From: a bacterium
GTDB taxonomy: Bacteria > UBA8248
Length of the DNA stretch: 64,000 nucleotides
Direction: 5' to 3'
Assembly (NCBI GenBank): GCA_965204535.1
Contig: CBDBEV010000001.1
Span: forward strand, 1,280,001 to 1,344,000
The notes below the pieces were generated by a model that was not told the DNA's origin, did not search any database, and worked only from the letters and a program-made list of their open reading frames with translations. This document shows, piece after piece, positions 32,515 to 40,560 of this stretch (the first letter of the stretch is position 1; each line of letters starts with the position of its first letter). The position numbers were made by a program, and so were the translations under genes.

Positions 32515-33495
32515 GTGGCCGACGTAGCGACGCTGAAAGAGGGTGAGCGGTTCGACGCTTTCTTCAAGATCCGCGAATACGAGGCGCGCCAGAGCCGCGC
32601 GGGCCGGGCGTATCTCGATTTGACCCTCGAAGACGCCACGGGCGATATCCCCGCCAAGGTCTGGGAGCCCGCGACGCAGGTGCAGGGCGAAATCGGGGCG
32701 GGCGATTTCATCAAGGTGCGCGCCATGGCGGAGAACTACCAGGGCCGCCTGCAGCTCCGGGTGGAGCGCGTCCGCCGGGTGAACGAGCAGGACTACGAGA
32801 GCGGCTTCAAGCCCGAGGACTGCGTGCAGCGAACGCCCTATGACATCGACGTCATGTGGGAGGAGGCGAAGCGCATCGCGGGCGGCTGCCACCCGCTCGT
32901 GGCCGCCTACCTCACCGCCATCCTGGACGCATATGAAGAAAAATTCCGCGAGTGGCCCGCCGCGCAGCGCATCCACCATCCCTACCTGGGCGGCCTGCTG
33001 GAGCACACTCTTTCTGTTACGAAAACGTGCCTGTATCTGGCGGATAAATACGACGTCTCGAAAGACCTGCTCGTCGCGGGCGCGCTCTTGCACGACATCG
33101 GAAAGCTGGAGGAACTCTCCACCGAGGGCGCGACGCACTACACTCCTGCAGGCCGCCTCCTCGGTCACATCGTGCTGGGGCGCGACATCGCCCGCGAGTG
33201 GGCGGGGCGCGAGGGCGTGTTCCAGGATGGAGACGCGCTGCCCGGGGATTTTCTGCTGCATCTGGAGCACCTCATCCTCTCGCACCAGGGCCAGCCCGAC
33301 TGGGGAACCGTGAAGGTGCCCATGTCGGCGGAGGCGCTCCTGCTCCACTACGCGGACGACATGGACGCGAAGTTCAACATCGTCAAGCGCGCGGTGGCTG
33401 AAGACAAAGGAGATGAGGAATTCACGGCCAGAAACCACGTGATGGCGCGCGTCTTCTACAAGGGCGGCCCGCCGCTCCCGCCGGAGAATGGATAG
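32515..33495 (+). CDS. OB-fold/HD-domain 3'-5' exoribonuclease (YhaM-like)
   Basis: YL.LTL.D.TG.I.AKVW, HHPYLGGLLEHT, LLHDIGK, LSHQG, HYADDMDAK. Confidence 0.9.
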   Translation: MADVATLKEGERFDAFFKIREYEARQSRAGRAYLDLTLEDATGDIPAKVWEPATQVQGEIGAGDFIKVRAMAENYQGRLQLRVERVRRVNEQDYESGFKPEDCVQRTPYDIDVMWEEAKRIAGGCHPLVAAYLTAILDAYEEKFREWPAAQRIHHPYLGGLLEHTLSVTKTCLYLADKYDVSKDLLVAGALLHDIGKLEELSTEGATHYTPAGRLLGHIVLGRDIAREWAGREGVFQDGDALPGDFLLHLEHLILSHQGQPDWGTVKVPMSAEALLLHYADDMDAKFNIVKRAVAEDKGDEEFTARNHVMARVFYKGGPPLPPENG

Positions 33496-33578
33496 AATGT
33501 TTGCTCGTGCGGCCATTCTCGTCTCCTGCGTACTCCCTAACGCGGCCCGCCCCGGGCCACTGCCGGAGAGACCAGAAA

Positions 33579-34466
33579 ATGTCTAGCCATATGAAAATCA
33601 TGAACGAGAAGACGGGGCGCATCGTCATGCTGGCGGTGGACCACGGCTATTTCCAGGGACCTACTTCGGGGTTGGAAGAGCCCGCGAAGACCATAAAACC
33701 CCTTTTGTCCTGGTGCGACGCGGTGAGTCCCACGAAGGGTGTTTTCCTGCGCTGCATGCCGCCTGAGAGCAAGACGCCGGTTATCCTGAGGGCATCGGGC
33801 GGAAACGCCATCGTCTATTCGGATCCGCTGGAGCTAGAGCGTGAGCTCAGCATCCGGGGGGCGGGGATAGAGGATGAGGCGTCGCGCGAAGCGCTGCGTG
33901 AGCGAATCGCCGATGATATCGTGAACCGCGAACTCTCGAACGAGTCCATCACCGTCTCGGCGGCGGAGGCCGCGCGCCTGGGCGTGGCGGGCGTTTCGGT
34001 TTCGATCTACGTGGGCGCGCGCTACCAGAAAGAGTCCATCCTGAACCTGGCGAGGATGAGCGATGAGGGCCGCCGGGAGGGTTTGATCGTTTTGGGCATC
34101 ACGGCGGTGGGCAAGGAGATGACCAGGGATGCGCGCTATCTGGGTCTTGCGACGCGCATCGCCGCCGAACACGGGGCGGACGTCGTGAAGACCTATTACT
34201 GCGAGGGCTTCGAGCGTGTGGTGCGGGGCTGTTTCGCGCCCATCGTCATCGCGGGGGGCAAGAAGGTGCCCGAGCGCGAGGCGCTCGCGTTCTGCAGGCG
34301 CGCGATTGACGAGGGCGCCGCGGGCGTGGACATGGGCCGGAACATCTTCCAGAGCGCGGATCCGGCCGCCATGGTCCGGGCGGTGCGCGCCGTCGTGCAT
34401 GAGGATTCAAGCCCGGAAGCGGCCTATGAGATGTTCGAGGATTTGAGCGCGGAAGCCCGCGTATGA
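33579..34466 (+). CDS. lsrF: LsrF-like class I aldolase/thiolase
   Basis: MLAVDHGYFQGPTSGLE, ELSNE, RDARYLGLATRI, VKTYY, GVDMGRNIFQS. Confidence 0.85.
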   Translation: MSSHMKIMNEKTGRIVMLAVDHGYFQGPTSGLEEPAKTIKPLLSWCDAVSPTKGVFLRCMPPESKTPVILRASGGNAIVYSDPLELERELSIRGAGIEDEASREALRERIADDIVNRELSNESITVSAAEAARLGVAGVSVSIYVGARYQKESILNLARMSDEGRREGLIVLGITAVGKEMTRDARYLGLATRIAAEHGADVVKTYYCEGFERVVRGCFAPIVIAGGKKVPEREALAFCRRAIDEGAAGVDMGRNIFQSADPAAMVRAVRAVVHEDSSPEAAYEMFEDLSAEARV

Positions 34467-34494
34467 TGGAGTTTCGGCTCGCGACGCAGGAAGT

Positions 34495-35529
34495 ATGAAC
34501 ATGGCGGAAACCATGCGGGCGGCGGTGTATTACCGAAACGACGACGTGCGGATCGAGGAGATGGCGAAGCCCCGCGCCGGGGCGGGCGAGCTTTTGGTCG
34601 AGACGCGCGCGAGCGGCATCTGCGGCAGCGACGTAATGGAATGGTACCGGGTGAAGAGCGCGCCGCGCGTCTTGGGCCACGAGGTGACGGGCGTCGTCGC
34701 GCAAGCGGGCGAGGGTGTGGCGGGTTTTCGCGCAGGCGATCGCGTCTGCGTCACCCATCACGTGCCCTGTAATGCCTGCGCGCATTGCCTGCGCGGCGAC
34801 CACACGGCTTGTGAGATGCTGAAAGCTACGAATTTCGACCCGGGCGGTTTCGCCGAGTTCATCCGCTTGCCCGCCGTCAACGTGGATCGGGGGACGTTCC
34901 GCCTGCCCGATGAGGTTTCGGACGATGCGGGCGTGTTCGTCGAGCCGCTGGGCTGCGTCCTGCGCGGCTGGCGGCGCTTCCGGATGACGCCGGGCCTCTC
35001 CGTCCTCGTGGTGGGAAGCGGGATGTCGGGCCTGTTGCATGTGCAGGCGGCGCGCATCCTGGGAGCGGGAGCCATATTCGCGGCGGACGTCCATCCCTGG
35101 CGTCTCGAAGCCGCCGAGCGGTTCGGCGCGCATGCGCTGCCCCCGTGCGAAGATATGGCGGAGGCCTTACGGGAGGCGAACGAGGGCCGCCTGGCGGATC
35201 GCGTCATCCTGTGCGCTGGCGTGCCCGAGGCTCTTAAGACGGCCCTCGCGTGCGTCGCGACCTGCGGCGTCTTGCAGCTTTTCGCCCCCACACCGCCGGG
35301 ATACCGTCCTGAAATCGACCTCAACCGAATCTGGAGCGAGCAGATCGCCATCACCACCACCTATGGCGCGGCGCCGCTCGATCTCGAAGAAGCGCTCGCG
35401 CTCATACGCGCCGGCCGCATCGAGGTCGGGGAGATGGTCACCCACAGGCTCCCGCTCGCGCAGGCGCAGGAGGGCTTCCGCCTCGTCGCCGAGGCGGGCG
35501 AATCACTGAAAGTTGTGCTCAAACCCTGA
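34495..35529 (+). CDS. Zn-dependent alcohol/polyol dehydrogenase
   Basis: GICGSD, GHE, C..C..C...C, EPLGC, VVGSG.SG. Confidence 0.92.
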   Translation: MNMAETMRAAVYYRNDDVRIEEMAKPRAGAGELLVETRASGICGSDVMEWYRVKSAPRVLGHEVTGVVAQAGEGVAGFRAGDRVCVTHHVPCNACAHCLRGDHTACEMLKATNFDPGGFAEFIRLPAVNVDRGTFRLPDEVSDDAGVFVEPLGCVLRGWRRFRMTPGLSVLVVGSGMSGLLHVQAARILGAGAIFAADVHPWRLEAAERFGAHALPPCEDMAEALREANEGRLADRVILCAGVPEALKTALACVATCGVLQLFAPTPPGYRPEIDLNRIWSEQIAITTTYGAAPLDLEEALALIRAGRIEVGEMVTHRLPLAQAQEGFRLVAEAGESLKVVLKP

Positions 35530-35544
35530 TCGCAAGCCCGAATC

Positions 35545-35573
35545 TTGCGGGGGAGCGCGAAAGAGATTAGTAT
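35545..35573 (+). promoter_or_regulatory. Putative sigma70 promoter, unit 1 (repeated at 36012, 36563, 37082, 37568)
   Basis: TTGCGG-N17-TAGTAT (units 1,3,4) or TAGTGT (units 2,5); hexamers and 17-bp spacing kept while spacer bases vary. Confidence 0.7.
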
Positions 35574-35664
35574 TTTTCCGAGAAAGCGAGCAACGCAGGG
35601 CAGGGCGCTCTGGGTCCACGAGGTTGTTCGGTTTTTTGTTGGTGGACTCGCAAGGAGGAAGGAA

Positions 35665-35871
35665 GTGACGACTTTTCAAATCGCGACGCTGGTTGCATTG
35701 GGCATTCAGAGCGCAATAGCTCTTGGTGTGGGAAGCGTTCAGTGTATCCTGATATGGAAGGGCTTGCGACAGATGGAGCGCGCCTCGGAGTTCAGGGAAA
35801 GAGAGAGCGCAAGACGGCACGAGGAATCCATGACCGCGCTCAAGGCGCTCATCGAGCGGACGGCGAAGTAA
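35665..35871 (+). CDS. Array ORF 1, small TM/coiled-coil protein (68 aa)
   Basis: GTG start after AAGGAGG; same N-terminus as ORFs 2-4. Confidence 0.8.
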   Translation: MTTFQIATLVALGIQSAIALGVGSVQCILIWKGLRQMERASEFRERESARRHEESMTALKALIERTAK

Positions 35872-35895
35872 CTTCTACTTCCCGCCGGCCAACCC

Positions 35896-35925
35896 GCCCC
35901 CGTCTTTCGGGAAGGGGGCTTTTCT
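35896..35925 (+). terminator. Intrinsic terminator, unit 1
   Basis: gccccc...gggggc hairpin then ttttct. Confidence 0.65.
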
Positions 35926-36120
35926 GTTGCTCGATTGTTCTCTGCCCATCATCTGTTTTGGGAATCTCTCCAGGTGGCGTTTAGACCTTGGGTCGCGCGA
36001 AGAACCGGATATTGCGGGGGAGTGCGAAAGGGGATAGTGTTATATCCAGGATTGCGGGCCATGGGACGCGAGGCTGTGGCGTTTCGCATTTGAGAGTCAA
36101 GGACCCGGGAGGAGAAGGAA

Positions 36121-36423
36121 GTGACGACTTTTCAAATCGCGACGCTGGTGGCATTGGGCATTCAGAGCGCAATAGCTCTTGGTGTAGGAAGCGTTCAGTG
36201 TATCCTGATATGGAAAGGCTTGCGACAGATGGAGCGCGCCTCGGAGTTCAGGGAAAGAGAGAGCGCTAGACGGCACGAGGAAGTCATGATGGAGGGTGCG
36301 AGGCGGCACGAGGAGGTTATGAAGAATCACGCCGAGAACATGAAAAATCATGAGGAAAACATGAAAAAACATGAGGAGTCGATGACCGCGCTCAAAACGC
36401 TCATCGAGCGGACAGGGAAGTAA
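36121..36423 (+). CDS. Array ORF 2 (100 aa)
   Basis: Core plus one 11-aa and three 7-aa modules. Confidence 0.82.
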   Translation: MTTFQIATLVALGIQSAIALGVGSVQCILIWKGLRQMERASEFRERESARRHEEVMMEGARRHEEVMKNHAENMKNHEENMKKHEESMTALKTLIERTGK

Positions 36424-36448
36424 CCTCTACTTCCCGCCGGCCAACCCG

Positions 36449-36476
36449 CCCCCGTCCTCCGGGACGGGGGTTTTCT
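36449..36476 (+). terminator. Intrinsic terminator, unit 2
   Basis: cccccgtcc-tccg-ggacggggg-ttttct. Confidence 0.75.
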
Positions 36477-36681
36477 GTTGATCGATGGTTCTCTGCCCAC
36501 CATCTGTTTTGGGAATCTCTCAAGGTGGCGGTTAGGCCTTGGGTCGCGCGAAGAACCGGATATTGCGGTCGGTTGCGAAAGAGATTAGTATTTTTCTGAG
36601 AAAGCGAGCAACGCAGGGCAGGACGCTCTGGGTCCACGAGGTTGTTCGATTTATTGATGGTGGACTCGTAAGGAGAAAGAA

Positions 36682-36942
36682 GTGACGACTTTTCAAATCG
36701 CGACGCTGGTGGCATTGGGCATCCAGAGCGCAATAGCTCTTGGTGTAGGAAGTGTTCAGTGTATCCTGATATGGAAGGGCTTGAGGCAGATGGAGCGCGC
36801 CTCGGAGTTCAGGGAAAGAGAGAGCGCAAGACGGCACGAGGAAGTCATGAGGGAGGGCGCGAGACGGCACGAAGAGAACATGAAAAAACATGAGCAGTCC
36901 ATGACCGCGCTCAAGACGCTCATCGAGCGGACAGGGAAGTAA
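36682..36942 (+). CDS. Array ORF 3 (86 aa)
   Basis: Core plus one 11-aa and one 7-aa module. Confidence 0.82.
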   Translation: MTTFQIATLVALGIQSAIALGVGSVQCILIWKGLRQMERASEFRERESARRHEEVMREGARRHEENMKKHEQSMTALKTLIERTGK

Positions 36943-36967
36943 CCTCTACTTCCCGCCGGCTACTCCG

Positions 36968-36998
36968 CCCCCGTCCTCCGGGACGGGGGTTTTCTTTT
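36968..36998 (+). terminator. Intrinsic terminator, unit 3
   Basis: Same hairpin then ttttctttt. Confidence 0.75.
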
Positions 36999-37200
36999 GT
37001 TCGATGGTTCTCTGCCCACCATCTGTTTTGGGAATCTCTCAAGGTGGCGGTTAGGCCTTGGGTCGCGAGAAGCACCGAATCTTGCGGTCGAGCGCGAAAG
37101 AGATTAGTATTTTTCCGAGAAAGCGAGCAACGCAGGGCAGGGCGCTCTGGGTCCACGAGGTTGTTCGGTTTTTGTTGGTGGACTCGCAAGGAGGAAGGAA

Positions 37201-37428
37201 GTGACGACTTTTCAAATCGCGACGCTGGTGGCATTGGGCATTCAGAGCGCAATAGCTCTTGGTGTGGGAAGCGTTCAGTGTATCCTGATATGGAAGGGCT
37301 TGCGACAGATGGAGCGCGCCTCGGAGTTCAGGGAAAGAGAAAGTGCGAGACGGCATGAGGAAAACATGAAAAAACATGAGGAATCGATGACCGCACTCAA
37401 GACGCTCATCGAGCGGACAGGGAAGTAA
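37201..37428 (+). CDS. Array ORF 4 (75 aa)
   Basis: Core plus one 7-aa module. Confidence 0.82.
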   Translation: MTTFQIATLVALGIQSAIALGVGSVQCILIWKGLRQMERASEFRERESARRHEENMKKHEESMTALKTLIERTGK

Positions 37429-37453
37429 CCTCTACTTCCCGCCGGCTACTCCG

Positions 37454-37481
37454 CCCCCGTCCTCCGGGCCGGGGGTTTTCT
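37454..37481 (+). terminator. Intrinsic terminator, unit 4
   Basis: Same hairpin with one mismatch then ttttct. Confidence 0.7.
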
Positions 37482-37676
37482 GTTGCTCGATTGTTCTCTG
37501 CCCACCATCTGTTTTGGGAATCTTTCAAGGTGACTTTTAGGCCTTGAGTCGCGCGCAGAGCCGGATATTGCGGGAGTACGCGAAAGGGGATAGTGTTATA
37601 CTCAGGATTGCGGGCCATGGAACGCGAGGCCGTGGAGTTCGCAGGGTGAATACGAAAGACCCGAGAGGAAAAAGAG

Positions 37677-37871
37677 ATGACGACTTTCCAAATCGCAACG
37701 CTCGGGTTCTACGCCGTGCAGTCCCTCATCGGCCTCGCGCAGTGCGCCCTCATCCTGATGGGCTTGAGGCAGATGAGCCGCGCCTCGGAGTTCAGGGAAA
37801 GAGAGAGCGCTAGACGGCACGAGGAATCCATGACCGCGCTCAAGACGCTCATCGAGCGGACGGCGAAGTAA
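37677..37871 (+). CDS. Array ORF 5 (64 aa), divergent TM segment
   Basis: ATG start; TM variant GFYAVQSLIGLAQCALIL; C-terminus as ORF 1. Confidence 0.8.
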   Translation: MTTFQIATLGFYAVQSLIGLAQCALILMGLRQMSRASEFRERESARRHEESMTALKTLIERTAK

Positions 37872-37896
37872 TCTCTACTTCCCGCCGGACAACCCG

Positions 37897-37927
37897 CCCC
37901 CGGCCTCCGGGATGGGGGTTTTTCTTT
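37897..37927 (+). terminator. Intrinsic terminator, unit 5 (U-tract is the IS target)
   Basis: ccccc...ggggg then tttttcttt. Confidence 0.65.
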
Positions 37928-37961
37928 GGGAATTATATACTAAGTTACCCAAGCGGCATGT

Positions 37962-38111
37962 TTAGGCGTGCTTTTTCTTGAGGTAGCGCCAGTTCTTTTT
38001 GGGCGGTCGCTGCATGATCGCGCGCGCTACATTCTCCGGTGTGTCATGTATCGGTTTAGGCATTGGGTTGGATGGTCGACCTACTGGTTTCTTGTTAGTT
38101 TCTTCTCTCAT
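37962..38111 (-). CDS. Small basic Pro-rich protein at the IS end
   Basis: MREETNKKPVGRP...DTPENVARAIMQRPPKKNWRYLK; GAAGGGG RBS. Confidence 0.55.
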   Translation of the reverse strand: MREETNKKPVGRPSNPMPKPIHDTPENVARAIMQRPPKKNWRYLKKKHA

Positions 38112-38167
38112 ATGAAGCCCCCTTCTAGGCATACTAGCGAACGCACACTCATCCTTCAAATTAAAAT

Positions 38168-38196
38168 TTGACACAACTTACCCAACATTGCATTAT
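38168..38196 (+). promoter_or_regulatory. Putative sigma70 promoter for passenger genes
   Basis: TTGACA-N17-CATTAT. Confidence 0.6.
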
Positions 38197-38203
38197 CGTA
38201 TGA

Positions 38204-38334
38204 GCCAAACATCTGCATGTGGTCCTGAAAGTCGGGCCGCCTGCTGAATACAAAACCGCTCCCAGCGGAAATAAGCAGGGTCTCACCCAAAACGTGCAGA
38301 TGTTTGGCGACCGACCCGGCCTCGCGGTGAGGCC
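38204..38334 (+). ncRNA. Candidate structured leader RNA
   Basis: 17-bp closing stem 38204-38220/38292-38308 enclosing sub-hairpins, then hairpin 38318-38334. Confidence 0.45.
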
Positions 38335-38358
38335 AGGAAACTCCAAGGAGAAGTCGTC

Positions 38359-39750
38359 ATGTTTACCAAACACATCGCAGTGGTTCTTTTCCTGTTGGTT
38401 TTCACGTTCGGTTGTGGTGGTGGGTCAATGCAGAGTGAACTGCCGGTTCAGAATTACTCAAGGCCAGCTTACCAAAACCCGAATTACCATCCCTATTTAA
38501 CGCCATCCAATGCTTACAGGTGGGAAAACACAATACATGTAGGTGGCGACGTTGAACCCCGCGATAAATTACGCCGGGTCGGAACTTTTGGCAGTATCAA
38601 GGTTTTCCAAGGAGCATCGCGTGATGGCGTCGGAAAGAAACGTCTGGAAAACTACGAACATGACCTGCTGACTCAAGACGATTCGACATCATCTTCGCGT
38701 GATGGATTCTATCCATTCAGAGTGGCTCCAAAGATTTGGCTTGAAGATGATTTTTACAGACTTCTCAGGGCAAATGATGAAAAAGCGGAAGGTCTTATAC
38801 AAGCATTGTTCGGAAGCGTTCGGATTCTCAACGATGCCCTTCCGCCTGAATTTCAAATCGACTTCACTACCGAAGATTCACCCCAAGTCGAGGGAACAAT
38901 CGCTATCGCATTTCGTTCCCCTGGTAGGATTGCGGAAATTTGCGGTAGTGCTGGGACTGTCGCATGCGCATCATCGGATGTTTTAAATTTGCACAACAAG
39001 ACGAATTCAGCCGTTATTTATTTTCCCGACAACCTGGACACATCAAAGAGGCAAACGACCCAAACGATAATACTCCATGAACTTTTGCATGCTCTTGGCA
39101 TTCAGGGACATGTGGACAGTATTGAATTTCCCGACTCGCTTATGGGCGCATACGGCGATTTTTTCCCGAACCCAGGGTTCGTATTGCACCGCATTGATCG
39201 AGAGATTTTACAAATTATGTACATGTCTCAACGGACGGATGACTACAATGATTGGGGTGAATGGAGTGATACGACCCTGCACATAACCGGAGAGTCTGTC
39301 GATGGGCACGTCAATTTCGGGGTGGCGCTGTTCAATGGTCTGCCACAACCTTGGGCGCGTGGCGTGGCACCTCGAAGTATGTTGAGCTTCGAGTCAAAAC
39401 CATCTTACTTGTTCGGGTCCGTTTCATGGAAAGGCTCTCTGTTAGGGTTCTCGGGGATATCTCCGGTTTACGGGGAAACCACACTCACTGTTGACATGGA
39501 CAACCTTGATGACGAACAAGACCTGAATTTCAGGAACCTGTTCTTCCTCAGTCGGTTCGAAGAAAGCGGAGCCGAAAGGTGGTTCCCTACTAGGAACATA
39601 GCCTACAAGGTGAAAATGTCACAACAAGGATTTTATCGTTCCGAAGATGACGGCCAAATTAGAGGCGTTTTCATCGGTCCAAGGCACGAGGGTATGGCAG
39701 GAACGCTCAAGCGCACAGACCTGGTCGGAGCATTCGGGGGGAAACGATAA
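38359..39750 (+). CDS. Lipoprotein with HExxH zinc-metalloprotease motif and probable TbpB-like C-terminal barrel
   Basis: Lipobox FTFG-C, HELLHALGIQGH, SLMG Met-turn-like, ends LVGAFGGKR; AAGGAG RBS. Confidence 0.7.
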   Translation: MFTKHIAVVLFLLVFTFGCGGGSMQSELPVQNYSRPAYQNPNYHPYLTPSNAYRWENTIHVGGDVEPRDKLRRVGTFGSIKVFQGASRDGVGKKRLENYEHDLLTQDDSTSSSRDGFYPFRVAPKIWLEDDFYRLLRANDEKAEGLIQALFGSVRILNDALPPEFQIDFTTEDSPQVEGTIAIAFRSPGRIAEICGSAGTVACASSDVLNLHNKTNSAVIYFPDNLDTSKRQTTQTIILHELLHALGIQGHVDSIEFPDSLMGAYGDFFPNPGFVLHRIDREILQIMYMSQRTDDYNDWGEWSDTTLHITGESVDGHVNFGVALFNGLPQPWARGVAPRSMLSFESKPSYLFGSVSWKGSLLGFSGISPVYGETTLTVDMDNLDDEQDLNFRNLFFLSRFEESGAERWFPTRNIAYKVKMSQQGFYRSEDDGQIRGVFIGPRHEGMAGTLKRTDLVGAFGGKR

Positions 39751-39751
39751 A

Positions 39752-40225
39752 ATGCTTAAACGAATTTTCGCAACTATAAGTATTTTTGTTCTGGGCATTT
39801 CAGGATGCGTTTCCGTTGAGGAATTGGCGCGGCAGGACTTGGGAACCATCGTCGAGCACAAGAGAATTTTCGTTGAATGCAAGGGAAAGCGATTTGCATT
39901 TAAGGAGTGGCTCGAAAAGGAAAAGAAGCATCTCCTGACAAAACATGAAATATCCACCAAATCAACCCAGACATACGCGAAATGCCTTGAAGAAAAGCTG
40001 GGTGTAATGTTCTGGGATCAGGTTCCTACGACCAGTCTTGATATTTTCTCCAAGACAACCTTGAGGTTCTACACCGGTGGAGACCATACCCTGGAAAGGT
40101 ATTTCGAGCGAGTCCGAAAGTGGCAACGAGTAATTCATGAAGGCGGCGAGCCGTGGAAGGGCTTCTGGCATGAACACAACGAAGTGATAGACAAGTGGCG
40201 AGCGATTTACAAGGACGCGAACTAG
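39752..40225 (+). CDS. Hypothetical lipoprotein
   Basis: MLKRIFATISIFVLGISG-C lipobox; starts 1 nt after the previous stop. Confidence 0.7.
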   Translation: MLKRIFATISIFVLGISGCVSVEELARQDLGTIVEHKRIFVECKGKRFAFKEWLEKEKKHLLTKHEISTKSTQTYAKCLEEKLGVMFWDQVPTTSLDIFSKTTLRFYTGGDHTLERYFERVRKWQRVIHEGGEPWKGFWHEHNEVIDKWRAIYKDAN

Positions 40226-40235
40226 GAAGTTCATA

Positions 40236-40475
40236 TTAGACGGGAAGTGGAACGCCCCTTGAAAGCGCATCAGCTTCAATTCTTTTTATGCGGGTTTTCG
40301 TTTCTTTTATATCCACATCAAGGTTTTCTATTTCTACTATGGTTGGCCATCCACTTATGATGCGCTCTGGAAGAGGCACCTTGACCTCAAAACTATCGGT
40401 ATCATACTCCCATGAAAGAAATTCTATTGCTTCCTTTAGAATTTCGACTGTTGTTTCCTTCTTTTTTTCAAGCAT
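40236..40475 (-). CDS. Hypothetical protein (79 aa)
   Basis: Open frame with globular composition downstream of the transposase. Confidence 0.45.
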   Translation of the reverse strand: MLEKKKETTVEILKEAIEFLSWEYDTDSFEVKVPLPERIISGWPTIVEIENLDVDIKETKTRIKRIEADALSRGVPLPV

Positions 40476-40560
40476 GCAAGGTGTTGTCTGACCTTTGCAT
40501 ATTCAATTATCGTTTGATCGGCTTGTTCTTCTTTTTCTTTCTCATTCACGCCATCAATCC

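Larger units (their letters stand above)
35530..37927 (+). repeat. Tandem array of five long direct repeats, each a complete mini transcription unit
   Basis: Start-to-start spacing 456, 561, 519, 476 bp; near-identical ORF cores, terminators and spacers. Confidence 0.95.

Noticed and set aside
35665-37871. Diversity-generating retroelement template/variable repeats
   Set aside because: No reverse transcriptase in the window; differences are modular indels, not adenine-specific substitutions
35530-37927. CRISPR array or integron cassette array
   Set aside because: Repeats are ~500 bp with paralogous ORFs, not short repeats with unique spacers; no cas or integrase gene and no attC-like sites recognised
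38204-38308. Retron msr-msd or hammerhead ribozyme
   Set aside because: No adjacent reverse transcriptase; the CUGAnGA core is not present in the right context
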